Below, one piece after another: positions 1 through 9,737 of a DNA stretch of 64,000 nt. Made by a program: the position numbers and the translations under genes. The notes below the pieces were generated by a model. The model saw only the letters and a program-made list of their open reading frames with translations, was not told where the DNA came from and made no database searches. Origin of the DNA: an uncultured Methanosarcinales archaeon (GTDB lineage Archaea; Nanobdellota; Nanobdellia; Woesearchaeales; GCA-2686295); the NCBI GenBank assembly GCA_964402995.1, contig CAYOEA010000009.1:4974-68973 (forward strand), read 5' to 3'. Each line of letters opens with the position of its first letter. The stretch's first letter is position 1.

Positions 1-129
1 ATGTTTCAAAAGCCAATTTTCACTTTACGGTTTTCTTAACTGGTATGTTTTAACAATCATGTATCTAAAAAACTTTTTTAATGGTCTTAACCATAAAACA
101 AGATTTGCTGAGGTATTTTATCGTATAAA

Positions 130-1257
130 ATGAAATTAGTTATAGCTACTGATAATTATTTACCAAGATGGGATGGTATTGCTAGATTCTTATCCGAAAT
201 TGTTCCTCGCCTTGCTAAAGAATATGAAGTCATAGTTATTGCACCTGATTTTGGTGACGCGCCTGAAATAAAGAATGTTACTGTTGTAAAAATTCCTCTT
301 TCAAAATTTAAGGGCGGCGATTTTAAAATTGCTAAATTCAAATATAAAATAATTAAAGATATCATTGCAAAATCTGATGCCGTATTCTCTCAAACTATTG
401 GTCCTATTGGTATTTGTGCAATTCTCGCTTCTAAAGCTAAATTTAAACCTTTAATCACATTTACTCATAGTATTGAATGGGAACTTTTTCCTAAAGCTAT
501 GGTCAGACCCATTCTTAAGAAGTTTGCTTATCCTTTAACTAAAAGAGTTGTTAGATTCTTATATAATAAAGCTAGATTATTAATTGTTCCGTCAGATAAT
601 ATCGCAGATATGTTATCTTGGGAAAAAATTACCACTAAAAAAAAGATTGTTCATCTTGGTGTTAATACTAAGAAATTCTCAAAAAGTAATAAACAGGATG
701 CTAAGAAAAAACTTGGATTAAAAGCTAAAGATTTTGTTATTGGTTATCATGGCCGTCTTGGTCGTGAAAAAGATTTAAAAACTCTTCTTAGAGCATTTAT
801 TAGAGTTAGATCAAAATATGATAATGTTAAATTATTGATTGTTGGCGATGGTGCGCCTGATGTTAAAAAGATTTTTCAGAATCAAACAGATGTTATTTAT
901 CATGAAGCAAAAAATAATGTTGTTCCTTACATTCATGCAATGGATATTTATGTTATTCCTTCTTTGACTGAAACAACTTCTCTTTCCACTCTTGAAGCTA
1001 TGTCTTGTGAAACTGCAGTTATCGCAACACGTGTAGGCCATATTAAAGACTACATCATCGATGGCGAGAATGGTTTATTTTTTCAAAAACAAGATACTTT
1101 TGATTTAGTTAGAAAGATTAGAATTCTATATGAAGATTCAGCTCTTAGAAATAAACTTGGTTCTAATGCTAGAAAAACTGTTCTTGAGCAATTTCTTTGG
1201 TCTACTGCTGCAGAAAAAATTATTCGTGGAATAAAATCAGCTATTGAAAAGAAATAA
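130..1257 (+). CDS. Glycosyltransferase family 4 (GT-B, RfaB-like)
   Basis: N-terminal DNYLPRWDGIARF; C-terminal YVIPSLTETTSLSTLEAMSC with the E-x7-E motif of GT4 enzymes. Confidence 0.9.
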   Translation: MKLVIATDNYLPRWDGIARFLSEIVPRLAKEYEVIVIAPDFGDAPEIKNVTVVKIPLSKFKGGDFKIAKFKYKIIKDIIAKSDAVFSQTIGPIGICAILASKAKFKPLITFTHSIEWELFPKAMVRPILKKFAYPLTKRVVRFLYNKARLLIVPSDNIADMLSWEKITTKKKIVHLGVNTKKFSKSNKQDAKKKLGLKAKDFVIGYHGRLGREKDLKTLLRAFIRVRSKYDNVKLLIVGDGAPDVKKIFQNQTDVIYHEAKNNVVPYIHAMDIYVIPSLTETTSLSTLEAMSCETAVIATRVGHIKDYIIDGENGLFFQKQDTFDLVRKIRILYEDSALRNKLGSNARKTVLEQFLWSTAAEKIIRGIKSAIEKK

Positions 1258-1276
1258 TTCTTAGTTAAAAAATAAA

Positions 1277-2491
1277 CTATCTCATATCCGCTATCGCAGT
1301 TGCTTTTGCCTTATTATATTGCGAACCTAATGAAGCATCTCCATATCCAGTCTGAACTCCATTCGGATAAAAAATCGCTTTTCCGTAACCAATTATATCG
1401 CCTGGTTTTACATGAGTTTTACTAAACCATTTTGGTTGCCTTGAAAATGGACCTTCATAACATGGATCAACCCAACCATCTATCATATGTGTTAAAGATA
1501 AATTATCAATTGATACTGAAGTTGAATTCTGTCTAACTTGATCTAAAAATTTATCTGCAGGATTATTATAAAATTGTATTCCTACATGCTGCGATAATTC
1601 AAATTGCTCCACTGTTTCTATATCTATATGTTCAAATGGTTTTATAGTGTAACTATTAGTTATATTTAGTGGTTTGTGAAGTTTATCAGCATATTCTTTT
1701 CGTTTTGAAAATATGATACCGCCATCTATTTTATTTATACTTGAAGCATTTTTACTTGCATGAACTAAAACATAACCATCTTTAAATTTGACATTCGGTG
1801 AAATTTTCATATATCCTTCTTTTTGTAACCATTCTAATTGTTCATTTGTTGTTATTTCTATTCCCATATCTAAACTTCTAGCTTTTTCAAATATTTCTTC
1901 TAAGTTTTTACTAGTTATTGCAGGAACTTTTACTTGAATTAAATCCATTATTGTAATATCCATTCCTCTTAATATTTGATCTTTAAAAGGATCTATCCTG
2001 AAAAATGACTGTACAACTCTTTCGCCTTTATCAAAATATATATCGTTTGCAGAATAATTGTTTAGTTCTACTGTTGTTCCATCATTATGAGCATAAAACA
2101 TTGTTCCATGATTTGGAACAAAACAACCTAATCTTCTTACACTGCTTCTTCCATCTATTACTGGAAAAATAAAATCTAGATTAAATTCAGGAATTTGCCT
2201 GTCATGTTTTATTTCTTCTGTTAATAATATTTCATTCTTACTTCTTGCAACTATTTTTGTTTTATTCTGATCAAAACTAAAATCCACAGGATAACTTCCT
2301 ACTAACTCAAAACTATCTTCTACTTGAGCTAATTTTAAATCAAGTGTTGATGGTTGTAATCTTTTTTTATCCTTTTCAAAATCAATACCTGGATTAATTT
2401 TAATTAAACCATAATCTACTGCTTGAGATATCCCTCTGTCATTTAGAAATCTTAAACCTTTTAAGTTTATATTTAGAGGATCTATCTTCAT
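1277..2491 (-). CDS. dcd: Two-domain dCTP deaminase-like protein (DCD type)
   Basis: LNDRGI, LQPSTLDLKL and GRSSVRRLG in the first half; GWVDPCYEG and YG..LGSQY in the second half; 404 aa is about twice a single domain. Confidence 0.72.
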   Translation of the reverse strand: MKIDPLNINLKGLRFLNDRGISQAVDYGLIKINPGIDFEKDKKRLQPSTLDLKLAQVEDSFELVGSYPVDFSFDQNKTKIVARSKNEILLTEEIKHDRQIPEFNLDFIFPVIDGRSSVRRLGCFVPNHGTMFYAHNDGTTVELNNYSANDIYFDKGERVVQSFFRIDPFKDQILRGMDITIMDLIQVKVPAITSKNLEEIFEKARSLDMGIEITTNEQLEWLQKEGYMKISPNVKFKDGYVLVHASKNASSINKIDGGIIFSKRKEYADKLHKPLNITNSYTIKPFEHIDIETVEQFELSQHVGIQFYNNPADKFLDQVRQNSTSVSIDNLSLTHMIDGWVDPCYEGPFSRQPKWFSKTHVKPGDIIGYGKAIFYPNGVQTGYGDASLGSQYNKAKATAIADMR

Positions 2492-2543
2492 ATATTAAGA
2501 AAATCTCACATATTTATAAATCTAAGCTGAATAAAAAAAATTA

Positions 2544-5500
2544 TTATATTTTCAAGCTTGTAACTTTACTAACACCATGTGCTTGATCCATACTTACTCC
2601 AAATAAACTATCTGCAGTTGTAATAACTCCATCATTATGGCTTATCATTATATACTGTGCTCTTTTTGAATATGCAAGAACTAATTCTGCTAATTTCTCA
2701 CTATTCTTTTTATCAAGTGCTGCGTCTACTTCGTCTAATACATAGAAACTTGCTGGTTCGTGTTCTTGTACTGCAAATAAGAATGCTAATGCAGTCATTG
2801 TTTTTTCTCCACCTGATAATGATCTTATATCCATAAATTTCTTAGTTGATAATTTTACTTTAATTTCTACTCCACCTTTAAATGGATCTTTTCTATCTTC
2901 TAAGTTAATGTATGCTTTTCCTTTTGTTGATAGTGTTGCAAATATTTTTTGAAAGTTCTTATCTATTACTTCATAAGTTTTCATAAATAGCTCTCGTTTC
3001 TTACTATCTATTTCATTTATCATAACTAGTATATCTTCTCTTTCTGTTGTTAAACTTTCTTTCTTAGTGTTTAATGCTTCAAATTCTGTTTGTGCTTTTT
3101 CATATAACTCTAATGCTTTCATATTTACTGCACCTAATTCTGAAACCATTCTTTCAAACTGTTTAATTTCCAATTTTATTTCATCTTCAGGTTTATTTCT
3201 AAATAATGCCACTTCTTTGAATTGTTTATATTCTTCTTCTAGTCCTTCTAGTTCTCCAACAATTCTTGCTCTTTCTATTGATACTATATTACTCTTATTT
3301 TCTGTTAGACGAAGTTCATCCATCTTATTATTCATCTTATTTTCATTATCACTTATTTCTTTTTCAAATTTTGAACGTTTTTCAAATAAGCCTTTATATT
3401 GTGAGTAGAATATCTTTTGTTTCTTTTCTTTATCTGCTAATTCTTTTGTTTGTTCTTTGATTGTACTTTCAAGCGTTTTCTTTTCACTATCAAAGTCTGC
3501 TTTTTCTTTTCCTAATTGTTGATCTAATATTTTATTTATGTTTTCCATTTCTGGAAGTAGTATCGTATTTAATTCTGAATTAGCATTTCGAAGTTCTCCT
3601 TTTAATTCTGCAATATCTTCTTTTAGTTCTTCTCTTTTTTGATCGAAAGTATTTATTTCTGCTAATAATCTTGGATTTCTTATTGCATTTATTTTTTCTC
3701 TGAAACTTTGCTTTTCCATTTTTAACTTTGCAAGTTCCACATTTTTTTGTTGAATTAATGCAGTTGTATCATCTGTTTTTACTTCTAATTCTTTTATTTC
3801 TGTTTTGATTTTTTTCTTTTCTTCTTTATCTGCGTCTAAATCGCCTGATTCAATATGTAATGTTTTTTCTGCTTTGATTATTTCTGCTTCTAACTCTGCT
3901 TTCTGAGTTCGAAGTTGCGCAGCTAACGTTTCATGTTCACGCTGTTTTGCATCTAGCCTATCAATAACACTTTGAAAGTCTGCAATTTCTGATTCTAATA
4001 TACTGATTTTTTCTGTTGCTTCTTTTTCTGCAAAGCCAAGACCTGGTACTTTTGATCTGTATCCTCCTTGCATTGCTCCGCTTGTTTCTACTAGGTCTCC
4101 GGCTTTTGTTACCATTCTAAATCCGCCGATTCCTAATTTTCTTGCAACTTCTAAATCTTCTACTACCACTGTGTTTCCAAATACATATTGGAATACTTTT
4201 TGATATTTAGCGTCATATTTTACTAAATCTAATGCAAGACCAATTACGCCTCTTCCTTTCATTGCTCTAAGGTCAGATCTTATCATTGGAGCATGTAATC
4301 TATTTAGTGGTAAGAATGTTGCTGTTCCAAGTCTTTTTTCTCTTAGTGTTCTAATACATTCACTTGCAACACCATCTGTTTCTACTACTATACTTCTAAT
4401 TCTGTTTCCTGCAGCAATTCCTAGTGCTAAAGAATAATCACTACTCACACTTCCAAGTTGACTTACTTGCCCGTGTACTCCTGTGATTGGTGATTTTAAT
4501 ATTGCATTTGCAGCTCTATCTCCTGCTGCTTGTTCTCTATGTCCTGCTGATTGAATATTAAATCTAGAAAGTTCTTCTTTTCTTGATAATAATTTTGATC
4601 TTGCAGTATCCAACTGAACTGAAATTGATGTGTCTTCTTCACATACAGAATTTAATTCTTCAGTTGTTTTTGTGAAAGCTTTTTTATCTTCTTTTAATTT
4701 TTGTATTCCAGATTTATTTTCTTGTTCAACTGATAAAACTTTGTCAATTTTTCCATCAATGTTTTGCAAAATTATTTCATACTTGTCTTTTTCTCTAAAT
4801 AAATTCTGTTGAGTTTCTCGCAAGTCATTTATTTCTACTTGTATTTCTTCTGCTCGAGTGTCTATCTCTTCAATTCGACCATCTAATTCTTGAGCATTTC
4901 CTATATCATGTTTTGTCTTAAATTCAGTAAGTTTTAATTCTAACTTTGCAAATTCGCTTTCTTTTGTTCCAGTCATACGTACTGCATCTTTTTTATTTTT
5001 CTCTACTGCAGTAATTTTTCTTTGAAGTTCTGTTTTTCCTTCTTCTAGTTCTGTTTTTCTAATACTTATTTTGTCTAATTCTTGTTTAATAGTTTCTAAA
5101 CGTTGTTTGTTTAATGCAAATTCTACTTTTATTTTCTCTATATCTCTATTTAGTTCAACTTGTTCTTTTTCGCCTTTTGATTCTACTTCTGCATTAATCT
5201 TAGAAATTTCTTCTCTATTCTTGATAACTTTTACTTTTAATTCATCGTAAGTTGTCTGCAACTTTTCTATTTTATCTTTGCTTGTAGAAATAATTTTATC
5301 ATAATCTGATTGTTTAGTTTTCTTAGTTACTATTTGAGTATTTAGTAATGTTGCCCTATTTCTTTTTATGTTAGTATCTAGTTCTTTAAATTTCTCAGCT
5401 TGAGTTTTTTCTTTTTTTAATTCTCTAATAAATCCTTTACGTTCAGCTAAGATTATTTCTGCTTCGTTTAATTTTTCTTCTACACGATTTAGTTCTCTTA

Positions 5501-6035
5501 GAGCTTTTTCTTTTTTATTTTCATATACACTTATTCCTGCAATCTCTTCAATTATTCCTCTTCGCTCAACAGTAGACATTTCAACTAATTGAGTAATGTC
5601 TCCTTGCAGAATTATATTATATCCATTTGGATCAACGTTTGCAGCACCTAATACTTCAAGTATTTGTTGTCTTGTTCGGACTTCATCATTGATTAAGTAT
5701 TTTGATTGACCTGAAGGTCTTATTCTTCTAGATAGTTTTAGTACAGGTTCTTTTACTGGAAATATTTTTTTAGAATTGTCAAATGTGATTGATACTTCTG
5801 CATCTTTTGCAGGATTTTTTGATTTTCCACCATTATAGATTAGATTAGCAGTTTTTTCTGCACGTAGTGATTTTGCTGATGATTTTCCTAATACAAAACA
5901 AATTGCATCTAGTACATTGCTTTTTCCAGAACCATTTGGACCAAGGATAACATTAAATTTATCACCGAGCGGAATTTCGGTTTTATTTGCGAAGGATTTA
6001 AACCCCTTCATCTCAAGCTTTAATATCTTGGTCAT
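2544..6035 (-). CDS. smc: Chromosome segregation protein SMC
   Basis: Walker A GPNGSGKS, long coiled coils, central hinge (GTATFLPL), LSGGE signature, Walker B VLDEVD. Confidence 0.98.
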   Translation of the reverse strand: MTKILKLEMKGFKSFANKTEIPLGDKFNVILGPNGSGKSNVLDAICFVLGKSSAKSLRAEKTANLIYNGGKSKNPAKDAEVSITFDNSKKIFPVKEPVLKLSRRIRPSGQSKYLINDEVRTRQQILEVLGAANVDPNGYNIILQGDITQLVEMSTVERRGIIEEIAGISVYENKKEKALRELNRVEEKLNEAEIILAERKGFIRELKKEKTQAEKFKELDTNIKRNRATLLNTQIVTKKTKQSDYDKIISTSKDKIEKLQTTYDELKVKVIKNREEISKINAEVESKGEKEQVELNRDIEKIKVEFALNKQRLETIKQELDKISIRKTELEEGKTELQRKITAVEKNKKDAVRMTGTKESEFAKLELKLTEFKTKHDIGNAQELDGRIEEIDTRAEEIQVEINDLRETQQNLFREKDKYEIILQNIDGKIDKVLSVEQENKSGIQKLKEDKKAFTKTTEELNSVCEEDTSISVQLDTARSKLLSRKEELSRFNIQSAGHREQAAGDRAANAILKSPITGVHGQVSQLGSVSSDYSLALGIAAGNRIRSIVVETDGVASECIRTLREKRLGTATFLPLNRLHAPMIRSDLRAMKGRGVIGLALDLVKYDAKYQKVFQYVFGNTVVVEDLEVARKLGIGGFRMVTKAGDLVETSGAMQGGYRSKVPGLGFAEKEATEKISILESEIADFQSVIDRLDAKQREHETLAAQLRTQKAELEAEIIKAEKTLHIESGDLDADKEEKKKIKTEIKELEVKTDDTTALIQQKNVELAKLKMEKQSFREKINAIRNPRLLAEINTFDQKREELKEDIAELKGELRNANSELNTILLPEMENINKILDQQLGKEKADFDSEKKTLESTIKEQTKELADKEKKQKIFYSQYKGLFEKRSKFEKEISDNENKMNNKMDELRLTENKSNIVSIERARIVGELEGLEEEYKQFKEVALFRNKPEDEIKLEIKQFERMVSELGAVNMKALELYEKAQTEFEALNTKKESLTTEREDILVMINEIDSKKRELFMKTYEVIDKNFQKIFATLSTKGKAYINLEDRKDPFKGGVEIKVKLSTKKFMDIRSLSGGEKTMTALAFLFAVQEHEPASFYVLDEVDAALDKKNSEKLAELVLAYSKRAQYIMISHNDGVITTADSLFGVSMDQAHGVSKVTSLKI

Positions 6036-6131
6036 GTTATCTCTAAACTATCCTCTTTTTTGTAATAAATGTTCAATACGTATTTATTATATAAATATTA
6101 CTAAAATGTGAAGCTAAATTCAACAAAAATC

Positions 6132-6980
6132 TTAGCTAAAAAAGCGTTCAACATTAGAAAATCTTATTTTTACGTAATCTTTTGCTAAAAGTCCGCTATT
6201 TTTTAGAGTCTCTAAAGCCCCCATTACATGCGTACTTCCTTTTGGTATTCTAAACCCTGCGCTTCGACTTAATTCATCTAATTGTTTTAATCCTTCTGCA
6301 CGTGCTATTATTGAGGCCGCTGCAACTTCAACATAACTACTCTCTGCTTTTGTTTCAGCTATATCTCCAACTCTACATCCTGGGTATAAGTCAACTACGT
6401 GAATTGAAATCTCAGTTTTCAACTTTACATTTACTTGTCTGTGAAGCTTATCCAATAGTCGAGTCACATTATCCACTTTTGTTAGCTCATTATACTCATA
6501 AGGCTTTAAGGAAACTACATAATAATTATTCGGGAAAGTTTTAACAAGACGCTGCGCAAGTATCATAATTGATGCATCTTCAAAAGTTTTTGAATCACCA
6601 ACGCCCATATTTTCGAGCTGCTCCCTTTCAGAACTGTTTGCTCTAAATCCTGCGACGACTATTCCTCCAAATGTATCTCCTTTTAGTGTTTCATCGCTTC
6701 CAACTATTTCTTCTGCAAGTGGTTCAAGTCTTGTTTGCTCATCTGCCGATTTAGTAAATTTAGAATTAGAAGTGGATTTTGAAACTTTTTGTTTTGCTTC
6801 TAATCCAAGAAATATCCTAACATCATTTGCAATCTCTGATTTCCCTTGAACCAATATTTTTCCTGTTTGATATAGAATTACGGTACATGGTCCTTGCATT
6901 CTTGCAATTTCATATTGTTTTGGACTTACAAAATTAAAGCCTTTAGCTTCTAATTTCTTTAGATTATCAATGTCTACCAA
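6132..6980 (-). CDS. rnhC: Ribonuclease HIII
   Basis: N-terminal TBP-like segment (TVILYQTGKILVQG), GSDE..KGD motif, VAAASIIAR; TTG start with AGGTGA Shine-Dalgarno inside the rnhB 3' end. Confidence 0.85.
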   Translation of the reverse strand: MVDIDNLKKLEAKGFNFVSPKQYEIARMQGPCTVILYQTGKILVQGKSEIANDVRIFLGLEAKQKVSKSTSNSKFTKSADEQTRLEPLAEEIVGSDETLKGDTFGGIVVAGFRANSSEREQLENMGVGDSKTFEDASIMILAQRLVKTFPNNYYVVSLKPYEYNELTKVDNVTRLLDKLHRQVNVKLKTEISIHVVDLYPGCRVGDIAETKAESSYVEVAAASIIARAEGLKQLDELSRSAGFRIPKGSTHVMGALETLKNSGLLAKDYVKIRFSNVERFFS

Positions 6981-6983
6981 TTT

Positions 6984-7640
6984 TTAAAACTCACCTAAAC
7001 GTTTCTGAGCAGCTTCTTTTTTCTTATTCTGCCAAGTCTCCCATGATTTTCTAAAATATTTTGAGAATTCAGTTTTATTCCAATATTTAGCTACAAATTT
7101 TTGAGTTATTGGATCTGATGCGTATCCTGAGCCAACTTCTTTTTTAATTGCTTTACGCATTTTCTCCATTTCTCTATCTCGAATAACTTTTGCAATTATA
7201 CTTGCAGCACCAACTATTAAATAATTTAAATCAGCTTTATGTTCTACTATTATTTCAGTCTTTTTTCGACCAAGTCTTTTCTTAATATAATCAGAATAAC
7301 TCTTCAAATTTCTACTTGGACAATCAAGTATTGCCTTATCAGGTTTTGCGGTCTTTACAAGCGCAGCTGTAGTTCTAGCTTCTATCCAATTCAAATTATC
7401 GGTCTTTGAATTTAATGCATCATCAACTTCACCAGGCGTCACAATTACATAATCAACTTTACATAATTCTTTAACTATAGGAAATAATTCTTCTCGCTTT
7501 TTCTTAGAAAGTAACTTAGAATCTTTTACACCTATTGCATGTAGTTTAAATTCATCTTCTTTTTTGATGCTTGCAATAGCCATTACTAATGGACCTAAAA
7601 CAGGTCCTCTGCCAGCTTCATCTACTCCTGCAATAATCAT
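6984..7640 (-). CDS. rnhB: Ribonuclease HII
   Basis: GVDEAGRGPVLGP, DSK, EHKAD, AASIIAKV.RD, GSGY.SDP. Confidence 0.97.
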   Translation of the reverse strand: MIIAGVDEAGRGPVLGPLVMAIASIKKEDEFKLHAIGVKDSKLLSKKKREELFPIVKELCKVDYVIVTPGEVDDALNSKTDNLNWIEARTTAALVKTAKPDKAILDCPSRNLKSYSDYIKKRLGRKKTEIIVEHKADLNYLIVGAASIIAKVIRDREMEKMRKAIKKEVGSGYASDPITQKFVAKYWNKTEFSKYFRKSWETWQNKKKEAAQKRLGEF

Positions 7641-7720
7641 ATACTATTATTATTAGAAATGACATTTAAAAATCTTGCCTAAAAATAAAGAAAAATAAAA
7701 GAAAAATAAAAAAATTACAA

Positions 7721-8743
7721 CTACTTCCCTATCATATCAATAAGTTCTTCTTCACGCATTTCTAAACCTTTCTGATATAAATCATTCACAGTTGTACTCA
7801 TAAAATTTAATGCTTTTCCTTGCATATCCGAGAAAAAAATCGAACCTGAATTAATAGCCACGTTTGAAGAGGGATTCTTACCTGAAATAGAAGTCCAATC
7901 AGAACTTTCAGTGTATAAATTTCCAATTTGAAACTCATCTTTATTTGAATCTCCAATAACTCCACTGAAATCAGCATCAGTTATTTTTATTTGACGATCA
8001 TCAGCAATATTAAAAACTATATTATTCTTTTCTTGATCTTGATATAAATCATTGCCTAAGAATAATTCATCAGAAATTTGCGCATTTAAATCATCATAAT
8101 AGTTATCAAAATGATCAGATATTTTATTCAAAACTTCTTGATATTCCGCATTTTTTGATTGTAATTTCTCTTCAACAGCTTGCCAAACTTTAGGACTTGC
8201 AGTTTCTTGGAAAATTTCCACATATTCTCCACCATAATATCCATCATATCCTGTTTTATTATAAGTAGCATTAGTTATAGTTTCTCCTGTATAACTACCT
8301 TCACCCATCCCTATCCCTTCTGAATAAGAATCCCCAAGATCAACGATTGTAGAATCAATTCCAAAATCCTCAAATCTTTTCCATAACTGATTATCTAAAG
8401 AATCATTAGGGTTAAAAATCAAAATACTCAATTTTTTTGTACCATCAGGATAATAAGTTTCAGATAATCTATATTTCAAACTACTTTCGCCAATAACTAA
8501 ATCAAGAGAAAAATTCTTTGGTTCTAGTGGTTCAATTACAGGTTCAACAACTTCAAATTCAACATCTTCTACAACATCTGCAATTGTATCAATTGTTTCT
8601 TCTACAACTTGTTCTTGTCGATGAACTTTATTTTCAAGATTTGAGTGTCTTGACCCGCTATTTGAGCATGATGAGAAAACTGCAGTTGCAAGCAATGTTG
8701 TTGCTAACAATCCAATATATAATCCTTTTTTCATTTGTTTCAC
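7721..8743 (-). CDS. Hypothetical acidic lipoprotein
   Basis: 340-aa ORF with basic N-terminus, hydrophobic stretch and lipobox-like VFSSC; no recognisable domain. Confidence 0.6.
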   Translation of the reverse strand: MKQMKKGLYIGLLATTLLATAVFSSCSNSGSRHSNLENKVHRQEQVVEETIDTIADVVEDVEFEVVEPVIEPLEPKNFSLDLVIGESSLKYRLSETYYPDGTKKLSILIFNPNDSLDNQLWKRFEDFGIDSTIVDLGDSYSEGIGMGEGSYTGETITNATYNKTGYDGYYGGEYVEIFQETASPKVWQAVEEKLQSKNAEYQEVLNKISDHFDNYYDDLNAQISDELFLGNDLYQDQEKNNIVFNIADDRQIKITDADFSGVIGDSNKDEFQIGNLYTESSDWTSISGKNPSSNVAINSGSIFFSDMQGKALNFMSTTVNDLYQKGLEMREEELIDMIGK

Positions 8744-8876
8744 CTATTTTTGTTAAATTTTATGTTTGTTACTAGTTAGTAACTAACGAATAGGCTTAAT
8801 ATCTTTTTACTATTAATGATATGAAAGATATGTTTTTTAGGAAATATTTAAATAAAACAAAACAATACAAAGTAAC

Positions 8877-9737
8877 ATGAGAAGAAAACTCATCAAACAA
8901 GGAAAAACTGGACTCACAATATATTTACCTAAAAAATGGGTTGATGAGAAAGAATTAAACTCTGAAGATGAAGTAGATATTGAAATTACGAATGAAGGAT
9001 TATTAATCAATCCAACCACTACAAAAAAAAGAAGTGAGATCACAATCCAAAATCCAGGAGATTCAGAAAGCATGATTAGAACAGTTCTTGTAAATGCATA
9101 CAGATCAGGGTTTGATAAAATAATTATCGAACATAAAAATGAAAAATTAATCCATTCAATTGTTCAAAAACACCTTTTAGGATTTGAAACATTCAAACAA
9201 AAAAACAATGAATTCTCAATTGAAAGTGTAGCAGAACCTAGCTTTGAAGAATTTGATCGCCTAGTAGAAAAAATATTATTCATTCTAATTGACATCATCA
9301 AAGAATTAGGGAATAACAATATTGTAGGCATTGAACAAATTCAAAAATACGATAATTTCCTAAAAAGAGCAATTAGCAAAAATATCCTTACAATCAAAAC
9401 ACCATTTCAATCTTGGAGTTTTTTAAGCAACCTTGTTCAAATAGGAAGGCAAGCACATCACCTACACAAATTCAAAGAAAAAGAATTTAGTTCAAAAGAA
9501 AAAGAGTTAATCAGCCTCATTGACAAAATGATCCATTTAGTTCAAAAAGCATATCTAAAAAAAAACACAGACTCACTTCAAGAACTTCACGAAGTCATGA
9601 ATAAAGAAATCTACAATATAGGTTTTAATGCAATGAAAACAGAAAATCCAGTTAATGTTCATTATTTAATAACCATTGCAAGAAATATATATCTTTCAAA
9701 TAGTGCGCTAATTGCAATTATTCAGTCGAACACATAA
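8877..9737 (+). CDS. AbrB/MazE-domain + PhoU-like phosphate uptake regulator
   Basis: N-terminal RRKLIKQGKTGLTIYLPKKWV (AbrB-type) followed by R...AYRSGFDKI and helical PhoU-like repeats, typical of the archaeal family. Confidence 0.75.
   Translation: MRRKLIKQGKTGLTIYLPKKWVDEKELNSEDEVDIEITNEGLLINPTTTKKRSEITIQNPGDSESMIRTVLVNAYRSGFDKIIIEHKNEKLIHSIVQKHLLGFETFKQKNNEFSIESVAEPSFEEFDRLVEKILFILIDIIKELGNNNIVGIEQIQKYDNFLKRAISKNILTIKTPFQSWSFLSNLVQIGRQAHHLHKFKEKEFSSKEKELISLIDKMIHLVQKAYLKKNTDSLQELHEVMNKEIYNIGFNAMKTENPVNVHYLITIARNIYLSNSALIAIIQSNT

Noticed and set aside
2544-6035. smc without adjacent scpA/scpB as a novel system
   Set aside because: SMC is canonical, and kleisin genes are often unlinked; the rest of the genome is not visible.
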